NCBI GenBank assembly: GCA_947485165.1
Contig: CANKRG010000001.1
Location: forward strand, 17,719-81,718
DNA length: 64,000 nucleotides
Origin: Comamonadaceae bacterium
GTDB lineage: Bacteria; Pseudomonadota; Gammaproteobacteria; Burkholderiales; Burkholderiaceae_C
Direction: 5' to 3'
Position 1 is the stretch's first letter, and every line of letters starts with the position of its first letter. The notes under the pieces were generated by a model that saw only the letters and a program-made list of their open reading frames with translations, was not told the origin of the DNA and searched no databases. Of the stretch, positions 22,005 to 30,494 are shown piece after piece. A program made the translations under genes and the position numbers.

Positions 22005-23000
22005 ATGCTGAACGAGACAACACAAGACCAATTCGCTGATGCCACAACCGATATTCAAGCCCTGCTAGACAGCTCAAGCACCCAGCACACCGCCACCCGC
22101 CGCACCGCGCTCAAAGTCGCACTCGGCGTGGGCTACACCGCTGCAGCTGGTGACATCATGGCGCAAACGGCGGTGAAAACCTCATCCGAAGGCCTCAAAA
22201 CGGGCGAAATCATGGTTGAAGTCAACGGCTTCAAAGTGCCTGCCTACATGGCTGCGCCAGCGGGTAAAACCAACTTGCCAGTCGTTTTGGTGATTCAAGA
22301 GATCTTTGGTGTGCACGAATACATTGCCGACACCGCTAGGCGCTTCGCCAAAATGGGCTACTTGGCGATTGCGCCTGAGCTATACGCCCGCCAAGGCGAC
22401 CCAAGCAAGTACAACGTGATGGCTGATTTGAACAAAGAAGTGGTCAGCAAAGTGCCGGATGCGCAAGTGATGGCCGATTTGGACGGCATGGTCAAATGGG
22501 CGGCTGCCAATGGCGGCGACACTACTAAAGTGGCCATCACTGGTTTTTGCTGGGGTGGCCGCATCACTTGGCTGTACGCTGCGCATAACAAGGCTGTCAA
22601 AGCTGGCGTGGCATGGTACGGTCGCTTAGAGGGTGCACCAAACCCGCTGTCACCCACCCACCCGATTGATGTGGTCGGCAGCATCAACGGCCCAGTGTTG
22701 GGGCTTTATGGTGGGGCAGATACAGGCATTCCGCAAGCCAGCGTTGACAAAATGAAGGCGGCATTGGCCACCGGCAGCGCAGCTGCGAAAAAATCAGAAT
22801 TTGTGGTGTACGACGGGGCGCCGCATGCTTTCCACGCCGACTATCGACCAAGCTATCGCAAAGAGGCGGCGGAAGATGGGTTTAAACGTGCGCTGGCTTG
22901 GTTGAAGGCGAATGGTGTGGTTGCGAGTTCTCCATCCAGCACCAGTGCCATGACCATTCCTGCCGGTAAAGCCACAGGCGGCGTATCAGATCCGTATTAA
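22005..23000 (+). CDS. Dienelactone hydrolase family protein with a Tat-type signal
   Basis: 331-aa ORF with twin-arginine region TRRTALKVALGVG, DLH motifs (VVLVIQEIFGVHEYI, GFCWGG) and a C-terminal Ser/Thr-rich tail. Confidence 0.85.
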   Translation: MLNETTQDQFADATTDIQALLDSSSTQHTATRRTALKVALGVGYTAAAGDIMAQTAVKTSSEGLKTGEIMVEVNGFKVPAYMAAPAGKTNLPVVLVIQEIFGVHEYIADTARRFAKMGYLAIAPELYARQGDPSKYNVMADLNKEVVSKVPDAQVMADLDGMVKWAAANGGDTTKVAITGFCWGGRITWLYAAHNKAVKAGVAWYGRLEGAPNPLSPTHPIDVVGSINGPVLGLYGGADTGIPQASVDKMKAALATGSAAAKKSEFVVYDGAPHAFHADYRPSYRKEAAEDGFKRALAWLKANGVVASSPSSTSAMTIPAGKATGGVSDPY

Positions 23001-23026
23001 GTTTTTGGGTATACAGTTAAGATCAG

Positions 23027-24133
23027 TTAAGAGCTGGTTAACTCCAACTCTTCTAGTTGTTCCGCCTTGCGCGCCAGCAGCAGCCCTTCAACCACTTCGT
23101 CAATCTCACCCATCATCACAAACTGCAGTTTGTACAGCGTTAGATTGATGCGGTGCTCGGTCAGACGGCCTTGGGGGAAGTTGTAGGTGCGGATGCGGTC
23201 GCTGCGGTCGCCGCTGCCGACCAGGCCTTTGCGGGTGGCGGCTTCTTTGGCATGGCGCTCGGCACGGTCTTTGTCGTTCAAACGGGCTTGCAGCACTTTC
23301 AGAGCGGACGCTTTGTTGCTGTGCTGGCTGCGGCCGTCCTGGCATTCAGCCACGAGGCCGGTGGGCAGGTGGGTGACGCGCACGGCAGAATCTGTTTTGT
23401 TGATGTGCTGGCCACCCGCACCGCTGGCACGGTAGGTGTCGATGCGCAAGTCTGCTGGGTTGAGGGTGATCAAAATCGCCTCGTCCGGCTCTGGCATCAC
23501 CGCCACCGTACAGGCGCTGGTGTGGATACGGCCTTGCGTTTCGGTATCCGGCACACGCTGCACGCGGTGGCCGCCGGATTCAAACTTGAGCTTGCCGTAC
23601 ACATTCTCACCAGACATCTTCAGCACCACCTCTTTGTAGCCGCCGACTTCACCAAACGACTCGCTGATGATCTCCACTTTGAAGCCCATGCGTTCGCCAT
23701 ATTTGGTGTACATGCGCATCAAGTCGCCTGCAAACAAGGCCGATTCGTCACCACCCGTTCCCGCACGTATTTCCACAAACGCGTTGCGCTCGTCGTCCGG
23801 GTCTTTGGGCAGCAGCAGGCCTTGCAACGCGTCCTCTAGCCGTGCAATATCGGCTTTGGCGTCTTTGATTTCTTCCTTTGCCATGTCGTGCATGTCGGCC
23901 ATGTCGCTATCGTTGTCATTATTGTCCAACATGGCTTGGGCATCGGCCAAGTCTTTTTCGCGCTTCAAAAACAATTCAAATCGTCCAGCCACGGTGGTGA
24001 CTTCGGCATGCTCTTTGTTCAACGCCAGATACTTTTTCATGTCGTCGGTGATGCCTTCTTGCTGCAAGAAGAAGTTGAGTTCACCGAGGCGGATGGGGTA
24101 GCGTTCTAGCTGTTGTCTTAGGAAGGGTTTCAT
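23027..24133 (-). CDS. prfA: Peptide chain release factor 1
   Basis: Contains the GGQ motif ([14 protein letters not shown]) and an RF1-type PxT tripeptide-anticodon region. I place the start at [10 protein letters not shown] (ATG 24131-24133). The ORF-track start at 24199 runs into an inverted-repeat element. Confidence 0.95.
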   Translation of the reverse strand: MKPFLRQQLERYPIRLGELNFFLQQEGITDDMKKYLALNKEHAEVTTVAGRFELFLKREKDLADAQAMLDNNDNDSDMADMHDMAKEEIKDAKADIARLEDALQGLLLPKDPDDERNAFVEIRAGTGGDESALFAGDLMRMYTKYGERMGFKVEIISESFGEVGGYKEVVLKMSGENVYGKLKFESGGHRVQRVPDTETQGRIHTSACTVAVMPEPDEAILITLNPADLRIDTYRASGAGGQHINKTDSAVRVTHLPTGLVAECQDGRSQHSNKASALKVLQARLNDKDRAERHAKEAATRKGLVGSGDRSDRIRTYNFPQGRLTEHRINLTLYKLQFVMMGEIDEVVEGLLLARKAEQLEELELTSS

Positions 24134-24161
24134 GAATTTATTTGCGAATAGATTGTTTTGT

Positions 24162-24263
24162 GAAGGCTTCGCCAGGCTCAGCCCGAACGGATAAATCAAA
24201 AGCGAAAGAAAGAGAAAAGCGGGCGAAAAAGATAATTACCGTTCGCCCTGAGCTTGTCGAAGG
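24162..24263. repeat. Imperfect ~25-29-bp inverted repeat pair (FDKLRANG/LRQAQGE-type element) flanking a 48-bp A/G-rich spacer
   Basis: The left arm is GAAGGCTTCGCCAGGCTCAGCCCGAACGG (24162-24190). The right arm is CCGTTCGCCCTGAGCTTGTCGAAGG (24239-24263). About 19 of 25 positions are complementary. It lies in the hemA-prfA spacer. Confidence 0.75.
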
Positions 24264-24284
24264 GGTGCAGCGAAGAGAACGTAG

Positions 24285-25616
24285 CTAACGCTCTTTGCGC
24301 AAAAACAGCTTCTGCACCACCTGCGCGGTGTGCTCACGCGCTGTGGCATCGCCCGCATGCAGCTCGGCATACGCGCCATGCAGCATTTTCTGGGTCAAAC
24401 CTTTGGCCAGCGCTTCCAGCACCTCGTCCACGGGTGCGCCTTTGGCCAAAAGCTTGCGGGCACGCGTTAATTCAGCTTCTCGCCAGTCGTCGGTTTGCGC
24501 GTTGAGTTGTTGAATCAACGACACGCTGCCGGTCGTGGGGTTGCGTTGGTCCAGCCAGTGCATAAAACTCTGCACCCCTGCGTCGATGATGGTTTCGGCT
24601 TCAGCCACCGCTGCTTGGCGATTCGCTTGGCCGGTTTGCACCACGCCGGCGAGGTCGTCCACGTTGTACAAATACACGTCTTGCAGGGCTTTGACTTCCA
24701 GCTCAATGTCGCGCGGCACAGCCAAATCGACCATGAAGATCGGGCGGTGTTTGCGTAATTTTAGGGCACGTTCAACAGCACCCAGTCCGATGATAGGCAA
24801 GGTGCTGGCCGTGCAGCTGATGACGGCGTCAAACTCGTGCAAGCGGCTGGGCAAATCGGCCAAACGGATGGATTCTGCGCCAAAGCGACTGGCCAGCTTT
24901 TCGCCGCGCTCCAGCGTGCGGTTGGCGATGGCGATAGATTTTGGCTGTTTTGCTGCAAAATGCGTCGCGCACAGCTCAATCATTTCGCCAGCGCCGACGA
25001 ATAAAACCTTGATTTTTGACAAATCTTCAAACAATTGACCCGCCAAGCGCACGGCGGCGGCGGCCATGCTGATGGAATGTGCGCCAATCTCGGTCGTGCT
25101 GCGCACCTCTTTGGCGACTGAAAAACTGCGTTGAAACAGCTGGTTCAGCGTCGCACCCAGCGCGCCAGCGTCGCCCGCCACACGCACGGCGTCTTTCATC
25201 TGCCCCAAAATCTGCGGCTCGCCCAGCACCATACTGTCCAACCCGCTGGCAACGCGGAAAGCGTGGCGGGCGGCCAAACCGTCTTGCAGGGTGTAGGAAT
25301 GCGCACGCAAAGCAGTGGGGGACACGCCGCCCAGCTGCGCCATCCATTCCAATGTGGGGTTCAGCGTGAGATCGGCAGCGGCATGGGTGGTTAAGCCTGG
25401 ACTTCCCCCATGCGCTAAATAGATTTCCGTGCGGTTACAGGTTGAAATTAACGCGGCTTCTAAGGGCGCTTGAGCGGAAGGTAAGGCCAATACACTACCC
25501 AAATCCGACCGCATACGGTGCAAAGTCGGCTCAATTTGGTCGATAGCAAACGCAAACCGCCCGCGTAAATCGAGCGGCGCGGTGGTGTGATTAATTCCTA
25601 ATGCCCAAACTGCCAT
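24285..25616 (-). CDS. hemA: Glutamyl-tRNA reductase
   Basis: 443-aa ORF. It starts MAVWALGINHTTAPLDLRGRFAF, has the catalytic Cys region STCNRTEIY and the NADPH site VGAGEM. Confidence 0.95.
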   Translation of the reverse strand: MAVWALGINHTTAPLDLRGRFAFAIDQIEPTLHRMRSDLGSVLALPSAQAPLEAALISTCNRTEIYLAHGGSPGLTTHAAADLTLNPTLEWMAQLGGVSPTALRAHSYTLQDGLAARHAFRVASGLDSMVLGEPQILGQMKDAVRVAGDAGALGATLNQLFQRSFSVAKEVRSTTEIGAHSISMAAAAVRLAGQLFEDLSKIKVLFVGAGEMIELCATHFAAKQPKSIAIANRTLERGEKLASRFGAESIRLADLPSRLHEFDAVISCTASTLPIIGLGAVERALKLRKHRPIFMVDLAVPRDIELEVKALQDVYLYNVDDLAGVVQTGQANRQAAVAEAETIIDAGVQSFMHWLDQRNPTTGSVSLIQQLNAQTDDWREAELTRARKLLAKGAPVDEVLEALAKGLTQKMLHGAYAELHAGDATAREHTAQVVQKLFLRKER

Positions 25617-25663
25617 CCCACTATTATAAATTTTTCCATTTAAACTCCCATTACACTCTGTTC

Positions 25664-25939
25664 ATGAGTTTTTTCGACCTACTAAACCACCTTGTCAACT
25701 TTGCCCTACCCGCCGTCAGTCTGGGTGTGATGGTGCCTCTTCTCAGCCGTTTGATCTGGCGCAAAACACCCGTCAAACGTCCTTTGAAGTCGCAAATGAT
25801 GGTCACCAGTTTGGCGTGTTTAGCCGCTTTATTCGCCGGATTGGTCATTTTCAGCACCGACGGCAAGATGGCGACCTATGGCGCGATGGTCACTGTTGCG
25901 GCGGTTTGCCAGTGGTGGTATCAGGGGTGGCGGGTGTGA
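25664..25939 (+). CDS. Small hypothetical membrane protein (3 predicted TM segments)
   Basis: 91-aa version starting MSFFDLLNHLVNFALPAV. Support is hydrophobic periodicity only, with no recognisable family. Confidence 0.45.
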   Translation: MSFFDLLNHLVNFALPAVSLGVMVPLLSRLIWRKTPVKRPLKSQMMVTSLACLAALFAGLVIFSTDGKMATYGAMVTVAAVCQWWYQGWRV

Positions 25940-26027
25940 ACTGTGGTGCCGAACTAGACGAAGATCGCGTGATTGCGGCTCCTTCGTTTTCCTTAGTCGA
26001 TGAGTCTCTTAATAAGAAGGGCATTCC

Positions 26028-28160
26028 ATGAGCCTAATTTTTATTAAGCCCAACAACCCAGATTGCCAGGCAACGGATCCTAGCCGTCAGACCTTATGGC
26101 TTGGCGTTACGGCCATCCTGCTCCTTACCCTGACCGGCTGCGGTGGTGGTGGTGGGGGCGCCATCGGCGCTCTAATTATCCCCGACAGAATGCCCGTCAA
26201 GGTGGCGGTAATCGATCAAGGCTTTGACATCAACCACCCCGAAATTCGCGAGGCGGTGGTGGGCGCGATCGCTTGCACCCGGGTCACGCCGAGTGGGGTG
26301 GCCTGCGACACCACCACCAGCATGTTGGACAACACAGGGGATCCACACGGCACTTACGTCGCGCAAATCATTGCGGGAAAGACGGTGGGCTATACCAAAG
26401 ATGCCGCCCTGCTCTTGGGCAAGGCCACCGGTCTCTACGTAAGTGAGATCGCGGCGGCGACCATCTGGGCACTGGATTCTGAGGCGCGCATCGTCAACTA
26501 CAGCCTGTATCCGATGTTTGAAGTTGACCCCTATATGCGTACCGCCTACGACAAAGCTGTCAATAAAGGCGCGGCACTCATTATGGCCGCAGGCAATGAC
26601 GGCGCCAACCTGACAAACTATGTATACAGCTATCCTTCCCTGTTCAGTAACGCCGACTACACAGGTATTTCGATCCTGGCCGGTGCGGGCTTCGCCTCAG
26701 GCGGGACCTATGTGCGCCATACTTTCTCCAATTACCCTGGCGCTGACACCACCATCCAGTCGCGGTTCCTAGTTGCGCTGACCCCTGTCAATGTGATTAC
26801 AGCCGTCGGATCAACAATCACATTCAACGGCACATCAGCTTCGGCGCCCGTCATCAGCGCCGCCCTGACCAGCCTGCTGGCCCAGTGGCCGCACCTCACG
26901 CCGCAACAAAGCACCGGCATCCTGCTGGACACGGCCGACCGTACATTTTCTGGCTATAACCCGGTCTATTTCGGCCAGGGCGTGCTCGACGCGGGGCGGG
27001 CATTGCAGCCTGTGGGCATAACCGTACTGCCTACAGGCAATCAGGTTAGCGGTGCGTCATATTCCGTTGCCAGCACCCGGTTCGTACTGCCGGCGGCATT
27101 CGGTGACGCCGCGAGCGGCCTGTCGCTCGACGCGGCGATGTTCGACAGCTACGGCCGGGACTATTCGTTCAATCTGGCCAGCCAACTGGGCCAGGCCGAC
27201 TTCTGGAAGACCGGCAGGCAGCACTGGATGGGGCTGCTCGCCGGCGACACCCGCGAACATCGGGAGACCGGGCTTTACACCAAGACATCATTCGACCAAC
27301 AAGGCGGCTTAACACAGTCTTATGCGGACTTCACGCCCGGGGACGGATACCGCCTGAGCCTCATGCGTACCCGCGGGCATTCACTGGAGAACGAGGCTAC
27401 TCCTGTACAAATGCTCTCGCTGACTGGCAACGGCGCGCTGGGCGCCTACGATTGGCTCGACCGCGTCGGCGTAGCCTGGCAGCTGAATGACAAGGCGCGT
27501 CTGGATGCCCGCACAACACGCGCCACTGCCCCATCGGGCGGCATCTCTTCGGCAGCATCCGCCTGGCGGCATGAGATCAGCTTGAATTTTGAGCCTGAAG
27601 CATCCACAAGCGTCAGCGTTGGCCTGGCGCTGACGCAGGAGTCAGGGGCGGCAATGGGAACTTCAGGTACGGGGGCATTTGCATTGAACCAGTCGTTCTC
27701 TCAGACGACCACGTTCAGGCTGCGGTACGACCTGGGCCGGCGCTGGGCAGCCTTTGGGTCGGCAGAGTTCGGCGCCATGAAAGTGACGGGCGAAACACTG
27801 CTCATGGACATCAGCAATGCGATGACCAGTGAATGGGCGGCTGGTATCGCGTGGCAGGGAGATGACCGCTCTTTTGGTCTGGCGCTCAGTCAGCCGCTTC
27901 GCGTGGATCATGCACGCGCCAGCTTTAACCTTCCGGTGGGGCGCTTGGCAGATGGTACGGTGCTGCGCCAGAGCCGGTCAGTCAGCCTGACGCCTACAGG
28001 GCAGCAGCGCAACCTGGAGTTGGCGTACCGGCAGCGCTGGGTCGGCGCAGGTGGCAGGCATTCTGCCCTGGGCTTGCATATGATTTACGCACACGATGTG
28101 GGGCATGTCGCCGGCGCGCGCGCATTGACGCTCATGGGCAGTTACCGTTATCACTGGTGA
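26028..28160 (+). CDS. S8 (subtilisin) family serine peptidase, lipoprotein-type signal, C-terminal outer-membrane beta-barrel-like domain (SphB1/NalP-like autotransporter architecture)
   Basis: 710-aa ORF with lipobox LTLTGC followed by a Gly run. Catalytic triad contexts are VAVIDQGFD (Asp), GDPHGTYVAQ (His) and NGTSASAPVISA (Ser). The last ~330 aa have an alternating beta-strand pattern and end in ...GSYRYHW (terminal aromatic). Confidence 0.85.
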   Translation: MSLIFIKPNNPDCQATDPSRQTLWLGVTAILLLTLTGCGGGGGGAIGALIIPDRMPVKVAVIDQGFDINHPEIREAVVGAIACTRVTPSGVACDTTTSMLDNTGDPHGTYVAQIIAGKTVGYTKDAALLLGKATGLYVSEIAAATIWALDSEARIVNYSLYPMFEVDPYMRTAYDKAVNKGAALIMAAGNDGANLTNYVYSYPSLFSNADYTGISILAGAGFASGGTYVRHTFSNYPGADTTIQSRFLVALTPVNVITAVGSTITFNGTSASAPVISAALTSLLAQWPHLTPQQSTGILLDTADRTFSGYNPVYFGQGVLDAGRALQPVGITVLPTGNQVSGASYSVASTRFVLPAAFGDAASGLSLDAAMFDSYGRDYSFNLASQLGQADFWKTGRQHWMGLLAGDTREHRETGLYTKTSFDQQGGLTQSYADFTPGDGYRLSLMRTRGHSLENEATPVQMLSLTGNGALGAYDWLDRVGVAWQLNDKARLDARTTRATAPSGGISSAASAWRHEISLNFEPEASTSVSVGLALTQESGAAMGTSGTGAFALNQSFSQTTTFRLRYDLGRRWAAFGSAEFGAMKVTGETLLMDISNAMTSEWAAGIAWQGDDRSFGLALSQPLRVDHARASFNLPVGRLADGTVLRQSRSVSLTPTGQQRNLELAYRQRWVGAGGRHSALGLHMIYAHDVGHVAGARALTLMGSYRYHW

Positions 28161-28295
28161 GCGGTCAAATATCGCAAGGGAACACCGGTGACTGCTGCGA
28201 CCGGATGATTCCAGCAGCGGGTTGTTCGCCGAAATTAAAGGGGCCAGGTGTCCACGTTCAGCAACCTGTGCAGTCGCGTGCTGCTGGTGGTGTAT

Positions 28296-29018
28296 TCAAG
28301 CTGTGGGTTTTTGCCGGGGTAGACGATATCTGCTGCACCGAAGGCGGCTAGGGCGCATTCGGTAGACTTCCAGCACCTTGCCACGCTGCCCTGACTGTGA
28401 GTAGGCGAAGCCCAGTCCGCCCCACGCCTTGGTTTCTTCCGGCTTGATACGCACGGCTTGCTGGTAGGCCTCGATGGCCTTGGCGGACTGACCGGCCTTA
28501 CCGTAGGCAGCGCCCAGGTTGTTCCACGCACTGGCATCTTCTGGATTAATGCGCAGGGCCTGCTGGTTGGCCTCGATGGCTTTGGCGGACTGACCGGCAT
28601 TAGCGTAGGCGACGCCCAGGATGTACCACGCCACGCCGCTGCCCGGCTGCGCCTTCGTCCAGCGGAGGGTATGTTCGAGCAAGGCCGGCCAGTTCTTGCG
28701 GGTTTCCAGTTCAACGGCTTTGTTCAACCACTGCGTCACGGGTTGCGTGGTGGCTGTTGTCGCTGCCTTGGTGCTGCGCTGGGCCAGGTCTTTCACCCAT
28801 TCAACGGGCACGGCGAAATTGAGGTTTTGCCCCTCAGCGAGGTAGAAAGTGGTCAGCCCCACCAGCGTGCCGTTCTCGTCGAACAACCCACCACCGCTGG
28901 AGCCGGGCGAGATGGCGGCGGTGGTCTGGATGTAGTGGCCGCCGTCAACCGGGCGCAGGCTGGAGACGATGCCGTCTGAGAGCGTGAGACTGAGGCATAG
29001 AAAACAGCGTTGCTGCAT
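28296..29018 (-). pseudogene. 5'-truncated trypsin-like (S1C/DegP-type) serine protease fused to TPR repeats; gene remnant
   Basis: The ORF begins inside the protease fold (..TLSDGIVSSLR..) and keeps the catalytic-Ser motif ISPGSSGGGLF. It has no signal peptide and no upstream His/Asp-bearing half. Three TPR units follow (AWYILGVAYANAGQSAKAIEA.., AWNNLGAAYGKAGQSAKAIEA.., AWGGLGFAYSQSGQ..). Confidence 0.6.
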
Positions 29019-29078
29019 CGGCTAACTAGTGGATTTATATAGAGTCTATTTTGAACCACTATCTAACGTTGACATAGC

Positions 29079-30404
29079 CTAAATAAATAGCAATTTAAGC
29101 TGATTTAGCGCCAACCGTCTTAAATCTGCGCTTACCACCTCACTGTTGCCCAATGTTTGCCAAAACTCTTTCGCCATCGTCAAAGCCTGCTGCCATGGTG
29201 CATCCGCGCCCAACGGCTGGCGCGGTACTTCTAGCTGCGTGTAGCCCAATTCGTCCTTGAACTCACTAGGTTTGTAAGCCATCGTCAGCATGTCGTAGCA
29301 GGGCGCAAGGCTGAATTTGGGGTTAGCGAGGCGAGCCATGTCGGTGACGGCCAAGCTGAGATTACCAAAATGCATGTCGGTATTGCCAATCAAACGCCCA
29401 AAATACAGCAGCACGTGCACGGTTTGTGCATCTTGGCGCGGCAAATGGCCTAATTCCGCCAATTTGTCGCAGCTGGCAGCCCAGTTGTGACGACTGCCGC
29501 CTACGAAGGCTTTGTGAATCGGCGCTAACGGCACAATGTGGCGTTTACCGTTCAGCCGAATTCGATCAAACCTGACTGATTCCAAGTATGTGCGTTGTGA
29601 GCTTTGTACGATGCGGGTTGTTGCGGTGCTAAAGCCATGTTTGCGTAATGTTTCTAGAGCGATGAACTCTGTATGCAGTAAATCATGCCAACGTTCGCCA
29701 AAAGGCGTGCCACGCGGCGGGGTGAATTTGACGACCAAGCGTTCGTAGCCAGTGGGTGCATCAAGATGCACTAAAAACTTGGGCTGCTCCCCGCCAGCGG
29801 ACGAGCCCGCAGGTAATGTTTGCGTGACGTTACCTGCAAGCTTGTCATAGTGCCTTGCCCGCTGTTCTAAATCTAAGGGCGCTTCAGGCAGTAGCTCGGC
29901 TGTTTCTTGACCAAGGGTTAAAGCACCGGGTCCATCATGCTCAAACGCCAAAATAGCGTACAAGGTTTGTTCTAGCGACCAGTTGTCAGGGTTCGCATCC
30001 GCAAAGCCAATGGCCTGACCGCGCAACCGCCCCAAAAAGCCTTGCGGTCGCATGGCTTCTAAAAACCAAGGTAAACCGCCTTGAGTGAGGGTTGTCAAAT
30101 CAGGAGTTTGAACATGTAGTCGATCGCCATCTACAAACGTCAAGCGTCCCCATTGTCTGCTGTAGCCATCTTCATCGGTCAAAAAAATGGGTTGTTGTGC
30201 TGCTCGCCCCATGATTTCCCGCACCAAGCCATAGCGGGTGTTGCGTGCATTGCCAAGTGCTTGTACTTGTGGGAGAAGTTGCTTGAGGGCGCGAGACAGC
30301 GTGGCAGCGCTTTTTCCTGTCGCACTTTGCAGCTCTGCATTGCTCAGTATGCCGCGCTGGGCTAGCAAAGCTTGCAAGACTGCAGCTAGGGAAATGTCAT
30401 TCAT
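29079..30404 (-). CDS. yjjJ: HipA-family Ser/Thr kinase with fused N-terminal HTH domain (YjjJ/HipH type)
   Basis: 441-aa ORF with an N-terminal HTH-like segment (SNAELQSATGKSAATLSRALKQL). HipA kinase motifs are present: P-loop-like GGEQPKF, catalytic loop GNTDMHFGNLS and Mg site APCYDMLTM. Confidence 0.85.
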   Translation of the reverse strand: MNDISLAAVLQALLAQRGILSNAELQSATGKSAATLSRALKQLLPQVQALGNARNTRYGLVREIMGRAAQQPIFLTDEDGYSRQWGRLTFVDGDRLHVQTPDLTTLTQGGLPWFLEAMRPQGFLGRLRGQAIGFADANPDNWSLEQTLYAILAFEHDGPGALTLGQETAELLPEAPLDLEQRARHYDKLAGNVTQTLPAGSSAGGEQPKFLVHLDAPTGYERLVVKFTPPRGTPFGERWHDLLHTEFIALETLRKHGFSTATTRIVQSSQRTYLESVRFDRIRLNGKRHIVPLAPIHKAFVGGSRHNWAASCDKLAELGHLPRQDAQTVHVLLYFGRLIGNTDMHFGNLSLAVTDMARLANPKFSLAPCYDMLTMAYKPSEFKDELGYTQLEVPRQPLGADAPWQQALTMAKEFWQTLGNSEVVSADLRRLALNQLKLLFI

Positions 30405-30494
30405 GACTGGATTATATTGCTAAAAATATAAACAAATCAATAAGTTATGATTTTAAATGAGTAAATTATGACGAAATTATGATTAGATTTAAAA

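Noticed and set aside
23153-23839. 228-aa ORF antisense to prfA, plus several 60-140-aa ORFs in the same region
   Set aside because: It is completely embedded opposite a highly conserved gene and has an Ala/Gly/Val/His-rich composition typical of antisense frames in GC-rich codons. It has no RBS and no recognisable domain.
24134-24199. 22-codon N-terminal extension of prfA in the ORF track ([22 protein letters not shown])
   Set aside because: The extension is translated from the left arm of the inverted-repeat element. RF1 homology begins at [10 protein letters not shown].
26028-29018. Claiming horizontal transfer of the S8/TPR segment from GC content alone
   Set aside because: By eye this segment looks GC-richer than many neighbours. 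However, several core genes here (proS, hemA, prfA) are similarly GC-rich, and I cannot compute windowed statistics. I keep it only as a hypothesis inside the S8 finding.
29071-29098. Possible additional degenerate copy of the interspersed repeat at the hipA-family gene stop (ATAGCC TAA ataaATAGCaa)
   Set aside because: Only the two short end motifs match and the AAATAC core is missing. This is too short to call a copy, so it is mentioned only as context for the truncation scar.
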